DNA of 64,000 bases, taken from Hemiscyllium ocellatum (lineage: Eukaryota). The translations under genes and the position numbers were made by a program. The stretch is from contig NC_083435.1 in the NCBI RefSeq assembly GCF_020745735.1, forward strand, positions 46,562,498 through 46,626,497. Direction: 5' to 3'. Below are positions 8,900 to 21,217 of the stretch, in pieces. The first letter of the stretch is position 1; each line of letters opens with the position of its first letter. Below the pieces are notes generated by a model that was given only the letters and a program-made list of their open reading frames with translations, ran no database searches and was not told the origin of the DNA.

Positions 8900-11800
8900 C
8901 AGCGGTAGTCAATAGACAGTGAGCCAGAGGGCAGCTCGGAAGGTAAATTTCAACATAAAATGCTTACCTCGTGAATCAGCGAAGCATAGGGTGAATTGGC
9001 CAGACGAGATCAAGGGGACTACTGGGTCGGTGAGGCAATATATTCGGGCAGTGGCTAAACCCAATATACTGCACGTGTATTGTCTTCCCCACGACGTCCT
9101 ACTCTAACCAAAAAAGGAAAACTGTGTGGAGAGTTGTTAGGGTAAGGGTTTTAAAAATTCTCTTTTGGCAATTTCGAGGTGAGGGAATGGGAATGTGGAC
9201 AGGATATGGGATTGCAGGATATGGGAGTTGAGGGATACCACTTGTGTCCCTGTTGACTTCCTTTGCAGTGCAACATACTCCAGCTCTTCACAGACCCCAT
9301 TAAGGAACCAAAGCAGGATCTGGATGAATATCGGATCTCACTGGAGGCTGTGGTGATGATAGACAGTATTTATATGGAGGCAATGACCCCTACATCACAG
9401 AATAATGACAGGAGGAGAGGAAAACAAATTAGGCAGTTCATGCAGGGATACCCCATTCCTCTCAATAATAAGTATAACACTTTGGATTCTGTTGGGTTGG
9501 GGGTGGGGCGGGGGAATCCGCAGTGACTATGCCACTAAGCCTGGCTCCGTAGCGCAGAAAGGAAGTGGCGAGACTCGGCCAATGATCGTGATAGGCGATT
9601 CAATGGTTCCATCATTGTTAGGGCAAGAGTTATAGCTGGGGGCAGGGAAATTATGATGCGGTGAGGCATGACTTAGGATGCATGGCTTGGAAAAGTAAGC
9701 TTCAAGGGAAGGGCACAATCGATATGTGGAGCTTGTTCAAGGAGCAACGATTGAGTGTCCTTGATAAGTATGTATCTGTCAGGCAGGAAGGAAAGGGTCG
9801 TGTGAGGGAGCCGTGGTTTAATAAGGAATTGGAAGGGAAGAGGGCAGCCTATGTAAAGATGAGGCGTGAAGGTTTAATTGGGGCGAGTGATAGTTATAAG
9901 GTAGCCAGGAAGGATCTAAAGAGAGAGCTAAGAGCAGCAAGGACGGCACATGAAAAGTCCTTGGTTGGTAGGATTAGGGAAAATCCAAAGGCTTTCTATA
10001 GCTATGTCAGGAATAAAATAATGACTAGGGTTGGAATAGGTCCAGTCAAAGGTCGTAATGGGAAGTTGTGCGTGGAGGCTGAAGAGATTGGAGAGATACT
10101 GAATGAATACTTTTCATCAGTATTCACTCAGGAACAGGACATTGTTGCCGATGTGAATATTGAATCACAATTAATTAGAATGGATGGCTTTGAGGTATGT
10201 AGGGTAGAGGTGTTGGAAATTCTGGAAAGGGTGAAAATAGACAAGTCCCCTGGGCCTGATGGCATTTATCCTTGGATTCTCTGGGAAGCAAGGGAGGAGA
10301 TTGCAGAGCCAATGGCCTTGATTTTTATGTCCTCATTGTCTACAGGAATAGTGCCAGAAGACTGGAGGATAGCAAATGTGGTTCCCTTGTTCAAGAAGGG
10401 GAGTAGGGAATAACCCTAGTAACTATAGGCCGGTGAGTCTCACTTCTGTTGTGGGCAAAGTCTAAGAGAGAATTGTAAGGGATAGGATTTATGAACATCT
10501 GTATAGGAATAATGTGACCAAGGATGGTCAGCATGGTTTTGTGAAGGGCAGGTCGTGCCTCATAAATCTTATTGAATTCTTTGAGAAGGTGACTAAGGAG
10601 GTGGGCGAGGGTAAAGTGGCACATGTGGTGTATATGGATTTTAGTAAGGCGTTTGATAAGGTTCCCCGTGGTAGGCTACTGCAAAAAAAAACGGAGGTAT
10701 GGCATTGAGGGTGTGTTAGAGGTTTGGATTAGGAATTGGCTGGCTGGAAGAAGACAGAGGGTAGTTGTTGATGGTCAAGGTTCATCTTGGAGTGCATTTG
10801 CTAGCGCTGTTCCACAAGGATCTGTTTTGGGATCATTGCTGTTTGTCATTTTTATAAATGACCTGGAAGAGAGGCTAGAAGGTTGGGTGAGCAAGTTTGC
10901 GGATGATACGAAAGTCAGTTGAGTCATTGACAGTGAGGAAGGATGTGGCAGGTTACAGCGGGATATGGATAAGCTGCAGAGCTGGGCAGAAAGGTGGCAA
11001 ATGGAGTTCAAAGTAGCTAAGTGTGAAATGATTCACTTTGGTAAGAGTAACAAGAAGATGGAGTACTGGGCTAACGGTCAGATACTTGGTAGTGTGGATG
11101 AACAGAGGGATCTTGGTGTCCATGTACACAGATCTCTGAAAGTTGCCACACCGGTAAATAGTTCTGTGAAGAAGGCATATGGCGTACTGGCTTTTATTGT
11201 TAGAGGAAATGAGTTCCGGAGTCCTGAGGTCATGTTGCAGTTGTATAAGACACTGGTGCAGCCGCGTCTGGAGTATTGTGTGCAATTTTGGTCACCATAA
11301 TATAGGAAGGATGTGGAGGCACTGGAACGGATGCAGAAGAGGTTTACCAGGATGTTGCCTGGTATGGTAGGAAGATCGTATGAGGAAAGGCTGAGGCATT
11401 TTGGGCTGTTTTCAGTGGAGAAAATAAGGTTTAGGGGTGACTTGATAGATGATTACGGGTTTAGATAGGGTTGACAATGAGAACCTTTTTCCACGTATGG
11501 AGTCAACTATTATGAGGGGGCATAGCTTTAAATTAAGGGGTGGTAGGTATAGGACAGATATTAGGGGTAGATTCTTTACTCAGCGGGTTGTGAGTTCATG
11601 GAATGCCCTGCCAGTAGCAGTGGTGGACTTTCCCTCTTTATGGCCATTTAAACGGGCATTGGATATGCATATGGAGGTTAGTGGGCTAATGTAGGTTAGG
11701 TGGGCTTGGGTCGGGGCAACATCGAGTGCCAAAGGACCTGTACTGCGCTGTATTTTTCTATGTTCTTTGTTCTATGTTATATCAAAAGATGCGTGATTGT

Positions 11801-13380
11801 GTGGTCATGAACGAGCGTCCAGAATAGTATGTTGCCTTCTGAGTGTGAGGGATATCTCAGACCGAGTGTACAGGATTTTTAAAGGGGGACGGTGAGTAAC
11901 CAGAGTTTGCGTTACATATCGGTATCAAATATAGAGCTCGGAAAAGGACTGAGCCCCTGATAAGCGAATATAGGTAATTAGGTTGGAAGCTAGAAGGCAG
12001 GAGGAACAGTGTAATATTCTCAGGGTTGCTACCCGTGGCACGGGTGAGTGAGGCTGGGAACAAAGATCGAGTGCAGCCGAGCATGTGTCTGCAGGGTTGT
12101 TGCAGGAGGGAGGGCTTTAGATATGTGGAATTCATTGAGATAACTTCTGGGGAAGTTGGGACCTATACAATGAGGACGGATTTTAGCTGAAGTGAAGAGG
12201 AAACAAAATCCTGTTTGGCAAGTTTGCTCGAGCTGTTTATCAGGTTTTAAACTAGTTTGGCAGGGGAGTGGGAATCACAGTTGTGGATCAAAAGATGGGT
12301 TAGCTGTTGAGCAGGCAGATACAGCATGCAGAGAATCGATGAGGAAAGATAGATAGTTGATAAGGCAAAGTTGTAGTCAGTGTGATTGTGTGAAGTGTGT
12401 CTGTTTTAATGCAAATGTCAAGAATGAGGGTGATGAACTCAGAGCATGGATCAATACTTGGAGCTACAATGTTGTGCACATCACAGACACTTCAATATCA
12501 TGGGGAGGGAATAATTGTTGCATGGGGAATTAGATGTTTCAAAAAGAATAGGGAGGAAGGTAAAAGAGATGAGGGAATAACATTACTAAATACGGGCATT
12601 ATCACAGCTGCAGAAAGTGAGGTAGCTGCGGAGGGTTTGCTGAATGCTTCAATATGGGTGGAAGTCAGAAACAGGAAAGGAACAGTCACTTTATTGGGAG
12701 TTATGTATAGAGCTTCAATATCAATGGAGGAGCAGATTCTGAAGCAGGTTTTGGAAAGATTTTGACGTAATCAGGCTATTATTATGGGTGACGTCGACTT
12801 CCCACCAGAGCATCTCCATAGATCACACAGTTTGGATTTTGCAGATTTCGACAGTTTTGTCCAGGAAGGATTCCTGGTGCAATATGTAGGTAGGCTGACT
12901 AGAGGGGAGTCATTGGATTTTGTGTTTGGCAGCGATTCAAGTCAGGTGTCAGATTTCTCAGTGGGAGAGCATTTCGGTGATAGTGATCACAAAACCCCAA
13001 ATTTTAGAATAATCAAGGAGAGGGACTGGAGCAGACAGTATGGGAAAGTATTCAAATGGAGGAGGCGGGGTTAAAATGCTATTAGGCAGGACTTGTGGAG
13101 CATAAAGTGAGAGATGATATTCTCAAGAAATGCACAACAGAAATGTGGAGACCTTTGAGTCCTCGTTGGGTTTGTACCACTGAGGTAAGAAAGCGATGGT
13201 AGAGTGAACCAATTTTGGATGACAAGAGATGTGGAACAATCAGTCAAGTGGAAGAATGAAGCCTACTTGAGGATACTAGAAACAGACATGCTTCTCGAAG
13301 ATTACAATGTAGCCAGGAAGGAACTGAAGAATACATTTAGAGTATTTGAAGATGGCATGGAAAGCCCTTGGTGTGTAGGA
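8900..13380 (+). mobile_element. Old degraded CR1 (5' UTR, ORF1, ORF2 5' part) in intron of gene 1, interrupted by a younger CR1
   Basis: ORF1-like LQLFTD...LDEYRI and VIGDSMV; endonuclease-like WVEVRNRKG, MGDVDFP and GEHFGDSDH. Confidence 0.8.
9615..11780 (+). mobile_element. 5'-truncated young CR1 LINE (RT, disrupted by stops and frameshifts)
   Basis: KSPGPDGI, QHGFVKGRSC, PQGSVLG, SKFADDTK; (TTCTATG)n tail; possible ATCA target duplication; same subfamily as 47942-52178. Confidence 0.93.
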
Positions 13381-13696
13381 AAAAGGATTAGATACCTGTA
13401 AAAATCCCTCTCAATGACAGCCATCCTAATTTGGATTTGTTTCATCTTCTGGCACAAACCTTCCGTCAAAGCATCACCTGCCTTCTCAATAACAATTCTG
13501 GGTTTATACCACATAAGTGGTGATAGTGATTAGTGAAGAAAGATCATTATTTTGTCAAGACTAATCATAAGTTAGTTAATGAATACTGCTGTTGCCACAG
13601 ATGCCTGGATCTCCTCCATGAATGCAACATTTCTGTCAGGATTGGTAATCTTTCTGAGGAAGTGCACATTGTAATTTTCTTCCATCTTTTCCGCAG

Positions 13697-14640
13697 CTAA
13701 CTTGGTGACAGTCTTCATTCTCTTACGTGGGCGGTGTGGCCTTTCAAAATGTATCACCCATTACCTGTTGGCTATGGCAGTTGCTGATTTAATGGTTCTA
13801 CTATTCGAAGTAATTCTGTATGAAATTAATGATGCTTATTTTTCACATTCTTTCCTGAACTATACTCCTATTTGTAGTCTCAATCTTGTTCTGTTATTTG
13901 TATCAGTTGATTTATCAGTCTGGTTTACTGTAGCTTTCACCTTTGATCGATTCATTGCAATTTGTCATCAAACATTAAGAATTAAGTATTGCACTGAGAA
14001 ATGTTGTACAGTGGTATTATCAGTGATCTGTTTATGTGGCATCTTGCAAAATGTTCCGACTTACTTTATTTATGAACCTCGGGAAATAATTGACAACATA
14101 CCATGGTCATGTTATATGAAAGCAAGCTTCTACACTTTAACTGTGTTTATTGCGCTTTTTTGGCTGGATACCATATTAACCCCATTTTTACCATTTGTTT
14201 TGATTCTACTGCTTAATGCATTGACTATCAGACATATTTTAATTGCCAATCGAATAAGAAGTGGACTACGAAGTAACAAGTGCTTTGAAAATCATTCTGA
14301 TCCCGAGGTAAAGGTCAGAAGGAAATCCATTATATTACTGTTAGTGATATCAGGCACTTTCATATTGTTATGGATGGTAAATTTTATATATTTTATATCT
14401 GTTCATTTCATAAACACGCAATTTTTAGAAACTAATTATGATGACCCTGCCACTATTGCAGAGCAATCTGGATATATGCTCAGATGTTTGAGTTCTTGTA
14501 CAAACACATTTATTTATGCAGCTTCCCAGAAACATTTTAGAGATGAACTAGTGAATATTGTTAGATATCCCTTTGATTTCATCGTTGGCTCAGTCAAATG
14601 CTTTAAACATTCCAGAATTAAAATTGATTTATACAATTAA
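13697..14640 (+). CDS. GPR139/GPR142-like GPCR gene 1, coding exon 2 (TM1 end to C-terminus)
   Basis: Polypyrimidine tract + CAG acceptor at 13696; 7TM motifs LAMAVADL, FDRFIAIC, C3.25/ECL2 Cys, FILLW, NTFIY; open frame to TAA. Confidence 0.95.
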
Positions 14641-14669
14641 ATAAAATTCGTTCAACTTGCATAGACTTA

Positions 14670-14680
14670 AATAAAATAAA
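14670..14680 (+). terminator. Polyadenylation signal(s) of gene 1
   Basis: AATAAAATAAA ~30 nt after the stop; AATAAA at the equivalent site in copies 2 and 3. Confidence 0.55.
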
Positions 14681-15663
14681 CGCAGCTCATTTTCACCAAT
14701 TTTGCTTCAAATTATTTAGATGATATGGGAAAAGTAAAAACATTCTTGTTTCCTCTGGATTTCCTAGCAGCTACTGTAAGCGATAAATGTTCCAATGTTG
14801 AAGGTAATTGGTGGCTGATGTCCGTCCTTCCATGTTTGTAAGAAAGATAGAACAACATATTCTGGCATTATTTCACCTTTAATTTATTAACAAGCACTTG
14901 ACAAGCCTGTTTTCCAAGAAGATAGAAATTGTATCAAGAATCGTTAATGCATATTAGCAAAGATGACCAGATGCCTGGTTAATGTGGTAATATTTTGTAG
15001 AGTTCCTGAGAAGAAAGGAGTTATCTGTGCAGAGCACAACAAAATTGGGTACCTTGAAATTTCGCCTTGTGAAGTCAAGACTTTGTGGCAAAACGAACAA
15101 CTCTTCATGGTATGAATGCTCTTCAGGCCAGTATTAGATGGTGAAGGATATCAAGGACTACTGGACAGTGGGAACGGAATGCATGGATCGATTGGATATG
15201 AAAATGAAACTCAGGGTCAGGCTTTTCATGTTTGATGTGTTGGTTAACCGGATGTGCTGAAGTGTCACAGCCAAACACATCACCAATATCAGATTATGTG
15301 GGAACGCTATGAAATATACATATGTTATGTTGAGAACTTCACGATGTTATTTTGATTTTGTCTCATTGCTAGTGTGGATCTGTGGACTGAAGATGAGAAT
15401 TAAGCTTTGGACAGCTGCTCGATTTTACTAACTGGAGAGAACAAATAAACTGTTGTTGTTTACAGAAACTGGTCTGGAAAGTTGATCACAGTTTAATGTC
15501 ACAGCAGACGCTAAGCTTATGCTGAAGAACTGGTAGATACAGGTTTGATTTTTAATTGGTCAAACAAAGATAGAACAACGTTAGCGAGACAAATGACAGA
15601 AAATGTTGAGAAGTGAAGAGAAACTAAAGTTTTATCTGGGTCTTGGGCAGAAGATGGCATGGT

Positions 15664-15976
15664 GGGTGGCACGGTGGCACAGTGGTTAGCGCTGCTGCCT
15701 CACAGCGCCAGGGACCTGGGTTCAATTCCCGCCTCAGGCGACTGACTGTGTGGAGTTTGCACGTTCTCCCTGTGTCTGCGTGGGTTTCCTCCGGGTGCTC
15801 CGGTTTCCACCCACAATCCAAAGATGTGCGGGTCAGGTGAATTGGCCATGCTAAATTGCCCGTAGTGTTAGGTAAGGGGTATATGTAGGGGTATGGGTGG
15901 GTTGCGCTTCAGCGGGTCGCTGTGGACTTGTTGGGCCGAAGGGCCTGTTTCCACACTGTAAGTAATCTAATCTAAT
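15664..15976 (+). mobile_element. Young full-length tRNA-derived SINE (V-SINE/HE1-like)
   Basis: A box TGGCACAGTGG, B box GGTTCAATTCC, central domain, (AATCT)n tail; absent from paralogous flanks. Confidence 0.93.
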
Positions 15977-16529
15977 AAAGAAGGTGGAGGGTATTCAAAA
16001 CCACTGGATTTAAAGTTGCTTTGCATTTCATTCTGTACTTTTGTACTTCAAAAAATGTTGATGGGATTGAGGGAGGAACCCCAATTTGTCAGACGTCAAT
16101 TAAAAGTTTGCAGTGGTTTGCAGAAAATATTTGCAAGAACCAGTGACTTTCGAATTCAAGAATATATTTTAGATTAGATTAGATTACCTACAATCGCATG
16201 TATTTGGCATACAAGACATTGACCAAGGGTAAGGACCCATTTTGAAACTGCTGACTGGCAAATTGGGATTCTTTATTTGCTTTCAATTTATCACTTAAAT
16301 GTGCTTGCCTGTCTCTGAGTGTGCACGCATGTGCACATGTGTGTGAAAGAGAATGGGCATGGTACTTCATGAAGACTGGGGAGAGACCATAGATATGAAA
16401 TACATTGCCTTGCTTTTCATCCATTTTCTGCTTAAGTTACGATATTTGTATCAAATTATTACTTTATTTTGGGTCTAGTATAAATTTGCTGTCTGATATC
16501 TGTTATTTATAAATTCAGATGAGGAACAA

Positions 16530-17870
16530 CTTGAGGCCTCAAGAACCCCTTCAGTCAATCTGGTCCAAGTGATTTAACTCCCTTCAGACAAACAGTTTTT
16601 CTCACAATGTCTCCTAGGTGATGGCCACAATACTCGCCTCTGCTCCCCTCCACCCCCGACAGTCTTGAATTATTTGGGAATTTACTTGTGTCTTCCACTG
16701 TGAAGACTGTTATAAAGAACGCATTCAGTTCCTCCACCATTTCATTGTCCTCATCGGCAGTGCTCCAGTGTCATTTTCCAGCGGCCAATGACAATTTGTG
16801 TCTCTCTTTTGCCCCTTATACAGATAAAGAAGCTCTTGTGAGTTTCTCCCATATTATTTGCTAGTGTACCATCTTACTTAAACTTCTCCCTCCTTACTTT
16901 TTAAAAGAATGTCCTCTGTTGATTATGGTCTTCCCAATCCTCTGTATTCCCACAGTATTTCATCGCATTGCGTGCTTCCCTTTTTCTTTTATGTTGCCCA
17001 TGACTTCCCTTGACAGCCATGGTTGCCTCGTCCTCCTATTACCATGCTTCTTTTTGCTGTGTCTCTTGAATTACTACCAGAAACCTGTGTCAGCTATTTT
17101 CTACTGTCTTTCATGTTGGATTCCTCTCCCAATTAATTCTATCCAGTTCCTCCAACATGCCTGCATTCAACTATAAGAGTCAAAAAGTGTTTTGCAGGAA
17201 AAGCACAGCAGGTCAGGCAGATTCCGAGGAGCAGGAGAGTGAACGTTTCGGGCATAAGCCCTTCATGAGGGATAATTTCTCCAATCCTTTATTCAATGAT
17301 AATATCGTGACATCACATTCCAGATTCTCCCTCTCAAATTGCAGGACAAATTCTATCCTATCATGGTAAATGGTTCCGAAGGATTCCTTCACCTGAAGCT
17401 CCCTGATCAAGTTTTATCATTGTACTTTTCTAAATCTAGAGTTGCCTCTTCCTTGGTCGGCTGCACCACAAGCTGCTACAAAAAGCCATCTCGTAGACAT
17501 TCCACAAATGCATTTTCTTCTCATCCCGACCAACCTGGTTTTCCCTTTCCAATGTCATGTTAAAATCCCCGAAGATCATTGTAACCTTGCTTTTCTATTA
17601 CGCCTTTTTAATCTCCAAATCTTTCTTGTGCTCCAAATCCTGACGACTGTTTGGATGTCTATGCTGGAACTGCTGTTATGTTTTTTTTAACCTGAGCCGC
17701 ACTTCGACTCTACCCACACTGATTCTACATCTTGTCACACTACATCCTTTCTTGCTTTTATTTTGGTTTCTTACTAATAAGGTGCACCCATCCCCTCCGC
17801 TCACCTGCTTGTGTTTTCCATGGGATGTTGATCCTTTGAGGTTTAGCTTCCATGTTCAGATCTTCATCCA
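16530..17870 (-). mobile_element. Old CR1 ORF2 relic (endonuclease to linker) with a Penelope-type terminus inserted at ~17178-17273
   Basis: Minus-strand EELNAFF..VFTVEDTS and KSLGPD; partial paralogues at ~37690-38120 and ~55670-56210. Confidence 0.7.
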
Positions 17871-17879
17871 ACTGAGCCA

Positions 17880-18600
17880 TGAAAGCTGTATGACAACCGA
17901 TGTTGCTGTTCGTATTTTTCCTCAGTTTCTGAGTGAATTCCTATGGATTTCCACCATAAGGAGAGAAACTGCAGAGGCTCTGGGCCTTTGATTATCTTCG
18001 GGGACTGTGATCATATCGGAAAGTTTTGGATGGGCCAGTGACAATAGATCACACATAACACCTCATAACCATGTCACTGGATCTTTCAAATTACTAATGT
18101 GTGACTTCTCTGACTTTTGGCCCAATTGGTGTGATCCTTGTCATGATAACAATATTTCTAATGAGTTTGTGAAAGTAACAGTGTGTCACAGGGAATATCC
18201 AAGGTGCTATTTGTTTCGTGAAAATGGCCAATATAAGCTTCCACTGGAAATAGACGGTGAATTTGATTATTTCGTCATAAACCAGAGAATATTCACTTCC
18301 CAGCCGCTCCCCGCCACCACGATTTAATTTCTGATGTGGATGATATAGTTAGATTTCCACTGCTAAGACAAGTGTCCAGGACATCATCATTTGAATGCAA
18401 GGATTCATTCAATGGATGTGGGGTGTCGTATTGCTGGCATGACTCACGTGTTTCAGACTGACAAGATTCCCCCTCCCTGATATTAACTGTATTCTTGAAA
18501 TGCCCACTGCAATTATTTCTCGCCATTTTATACTGTACTGGCAAAGAGCACAGCAGACTGATCATGTTTTGATAACCTATGCAGAAGAAAAACAATCATC
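17880..18600 (+). mobile_element. Possible highly decayed Penelope-like RT C-terminus/GIY-YIG relic
   Basis: Weak remnants such as DNNISNEFVK, YFVINQRIFTSQPLP and NGCGVSY(x)GMT across frameshifts. Confidence 0.3.
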
Positions 18601-19059
18601 AAATTTTATTGCGTTTGAACACGCAGCGATGCTACTGCATGCCTCGCCTGGTGACTTCAAAATTCATAGGCATCCACACACATATTCTCCACTAAATTAG
18701 CAACATACAAGCCGGGCACACGGCCATCATAACAACGAGACTGGCTGAAATTGCTTTTCATGTGTGGAATGCATCCATCAGCTACTTCCTAATCAAGCAA
18801 ATTGCCTTCGAGAAAGTAGTATGATCACAGTCTTTCATTCGTGTCAAGTCTTGTCTATCAACAATTAAGTCTGCCAATGGTCAGTCATTGGAATGGTTGA
18901 TTTATGATGCATTGCAATAAAGTGCAATAGTTAACTTTCTGCATTTCCATGACGTATATGCCATACTGATGGTTCGATTGAATTTGTTACTCTTTGTGGT
19001 CAGTGAGCGGCTTGTGGTCTATTGGAACTACAATGATTTTTATACACATTCAACAGACT

Positions 19060-19180
19060 GGCATTGCCGTAATATGGGTCAAACGCAGGCAAACTGGTCC
19101 AGTCAAATTTAGGAAGTCTGGTCAGCACGGGTAATTTGACCGAAGGATCTGTTTCCATGCTACATAACTCTGTCACACTG
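19060..19180 (+). mobile_element. CR1 3' end stub
   Basis: GACCGAAGGATCTGTTTCCATGCT...ACTCTGT resembles the CR1 3' UTR at 25060-25140. Confidence 0.6.
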
Positions 19181-20339
19181 AAATAGCATTGACAACTATT
19201 GAGTTGGGCTTTCCACTGCTCAAACCGTTCATGAAAGTGCACGGGGATCCCGTATAATTTACATTAGAGAACTCTGTTCGTGAATTTCTGGGAAATTTAT
19301 GCTTTTAATTCAATGCTGTTGTTAACCCTGGAACAGTCACAATTCAAACCCTTCCCTTGTGACGATTCTGACAAAACTGACTGAAATAGTTACTGAGGTT
19401 AAGTTAAACTACAAAATGCATGTACGCATCTCAGAACTACCCCACAGGCCATTTCACACACACCACACATTGCGATGACTTTCTCTGGGACGTGTCCCAA
19501 CTCACAAATGACACCTGATTCGCTTCTTTAACCCCACCTTGATCTATCCCCAACTGACTCTCTACTGTGCCCAAAAGCTGGAGACCCGTCTGCCTTCCAG
19601 GTGACCCAACCACATTCGGTTACTCTGCTGATCAGAGCCAGTTAGCCTGCTCACTCACACTGTGAAGTTCCAACTCGATCTTTCAATGTCAGATATTGCT
19701 AAGCAAGCCGTTGCTTTTGTGAACAGGTTCTTCGATTTGGTGAACAGGATTAAAATTGGACTTGAACTTGGTGAAAGCAGCTTAATAAACCTGGTATCTT
19801 CAGCTTTCATTTTTAACCTTCTCCCACAAATGAATGATGGAAACTATCTCCGTGAGGAGAACGTCTTGTTGTATTCTGATTTATTTGTGGTGATCTGCAC
19901 CCCTCAGTTTGTGAAAATGCAACTTCAAATTTACTGTTACCTGAGGAACGACAGGCGCATGTCATTCAGAGGATATCTACCGTTCCTCATCACTGTTTCC
20001 ACTCACTTTCAGGAGAGGTCTCTGTCTGTGTAGTTACAAAGCACTACCAACTCGGGAGTCGAATGTCCAATTCTGGTTCTCTCTGAAACTTCGTTGCAAG
20101 TTCACAACAATTTCTCAATTTTCTTTTTAAGATGAAGTCCCTAGCTATGTATTCACTGCCGCTGTTGTGGATTGAGTCTGGTGATTGCAATTTTGAAATG
20201 ATTTTTTCAGTAAGTCTTTGAAACCGCTAGTGAATCAGACTCCAACAGCTGCCTTCCATTTCTTTCGTACTAGTCAAAAGGAAAAGAAAGAAAACTCGAG
20301 CTTGGGATACACTTCACCCAGAACTGGAGTTCATACTCG

Positions 20340-20745
20340 TTTCAATTTGCTAAAGACTGGAATGCCTTACAAGTTCTAACAATATGGTCAAGGACACGAC
20401 AGCCTATCTTTTCCAATTTTGTACTACATCCTCCTGGCTCCGAGGATAGACGGAATTGCATATAATATTCTACTAATGTCCTCTGGCTCCATGCACACTT
20501 TGTGCCTTGATCGCTAATGGGCCCTATTCTTTCCATCGTTATTTTCTTCCCCTTGATATACTGCTAGAATATCGTTGAATTCTCCCTAATATTGCTAGCC
20601 AGAATTTATCATGGCTCCTCTTTCCTCTCCTAATGGCTCTTGTTATTTCGCCTCTGCACTTCCCATCTTTCTGGGCCTCCATTGTTCTGCTGGCGTTTTG
20701 CTTATGCCAAGTGTCTCTTTTAGTATTTATTCAGTCCTAAATATT
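20340..20745 (-). mobile_element. CR1 ORF2 linker fragment
   Basis: Minus-strand ERIGPISDQG..C, equivalent to CR1 RVGIGPVKDSSGKLC. Confidence 0.6.
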
Positions 20746-20749
20746 CCTA

Positions 20750-21055
20750 GCTGAAAATGTGTTGCTGGAAAAGCGCAGCAGGTCAGGCAGCATCCAAGGA
20801 ACAGGAAATTCGACGTTTTGGGCATAAGCCCTTCTTCAGGAATGAGGAAAGTGTGTCCAGCAGGCTAAGATAAAAGGTAGGGAGGAGGGACTTGGGGGAG
20901 GGGAGATGGAGATGCGATAAGTGGAAGGAGGTCAAGCTGAGGGTGATAGGCCGGAGTGGGGGGCAGAGAGGTCAGGAAGAAGATTGCGGTGCTGAGTTCG
21001 AGGGATTCGACTGAGACAAGGTGGGGGGAGGGGAAATGTGGAAACTGGAGAAATA
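20750..21055 (-). mobile_element. Penelope-like 3' terminus with a hammerhead motif at 20808-20843 (GAAA changed to AAAA)
   Basis: Same family as 6248-6376, extended by a purine-rich (plus strand) segment. Confidence 0.7.
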
Positions 21056-21059
21056 CGAG

Positions 21060-21217
21060 GGAGAGAGGGTCGTGTCTTTTGTGGTTAGCTGGTGTAAATA
21101 GAAAGCAGGAGACAACAGCTTCACTTCACTTGGAGGTCGTCACTGATGATGTTACCCAGCCCGGTAATGAAACATCTGGATCTCAAACCTACAGCTCAGC
21201 GAGCAAACCTACACCCT
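21060..21217 (+). mobile_element. Second Penelope-like family terminus with hammerhead motif at 21141-21178
   Basis: CA-CTGATGA-T-GTTACC-cagccc-GGTAAT-GAAA-CATC-TG followed by ...AGCTCAGCGAGCAAACCTACA. Confidence 0.6.

Larger units (their letters stand above)
1..17370 (+). repeat. Segmental duplication unit A (satellite - CR1 relics - promoter - GPCR gene 1 - 3' flank)
   Basis: Colinear homology with 21218-38983, 38984-56684 and 56685-64000. Confidence 0.9.

Noticed and set aside
13702-13704. TTG as the receptor start codon (also 34796 and 52833)
   Set aside because: It lies 5 nt inside exon 2 after a strong acceptor; it would truncate TM1, which the upstream ATG exon supplies
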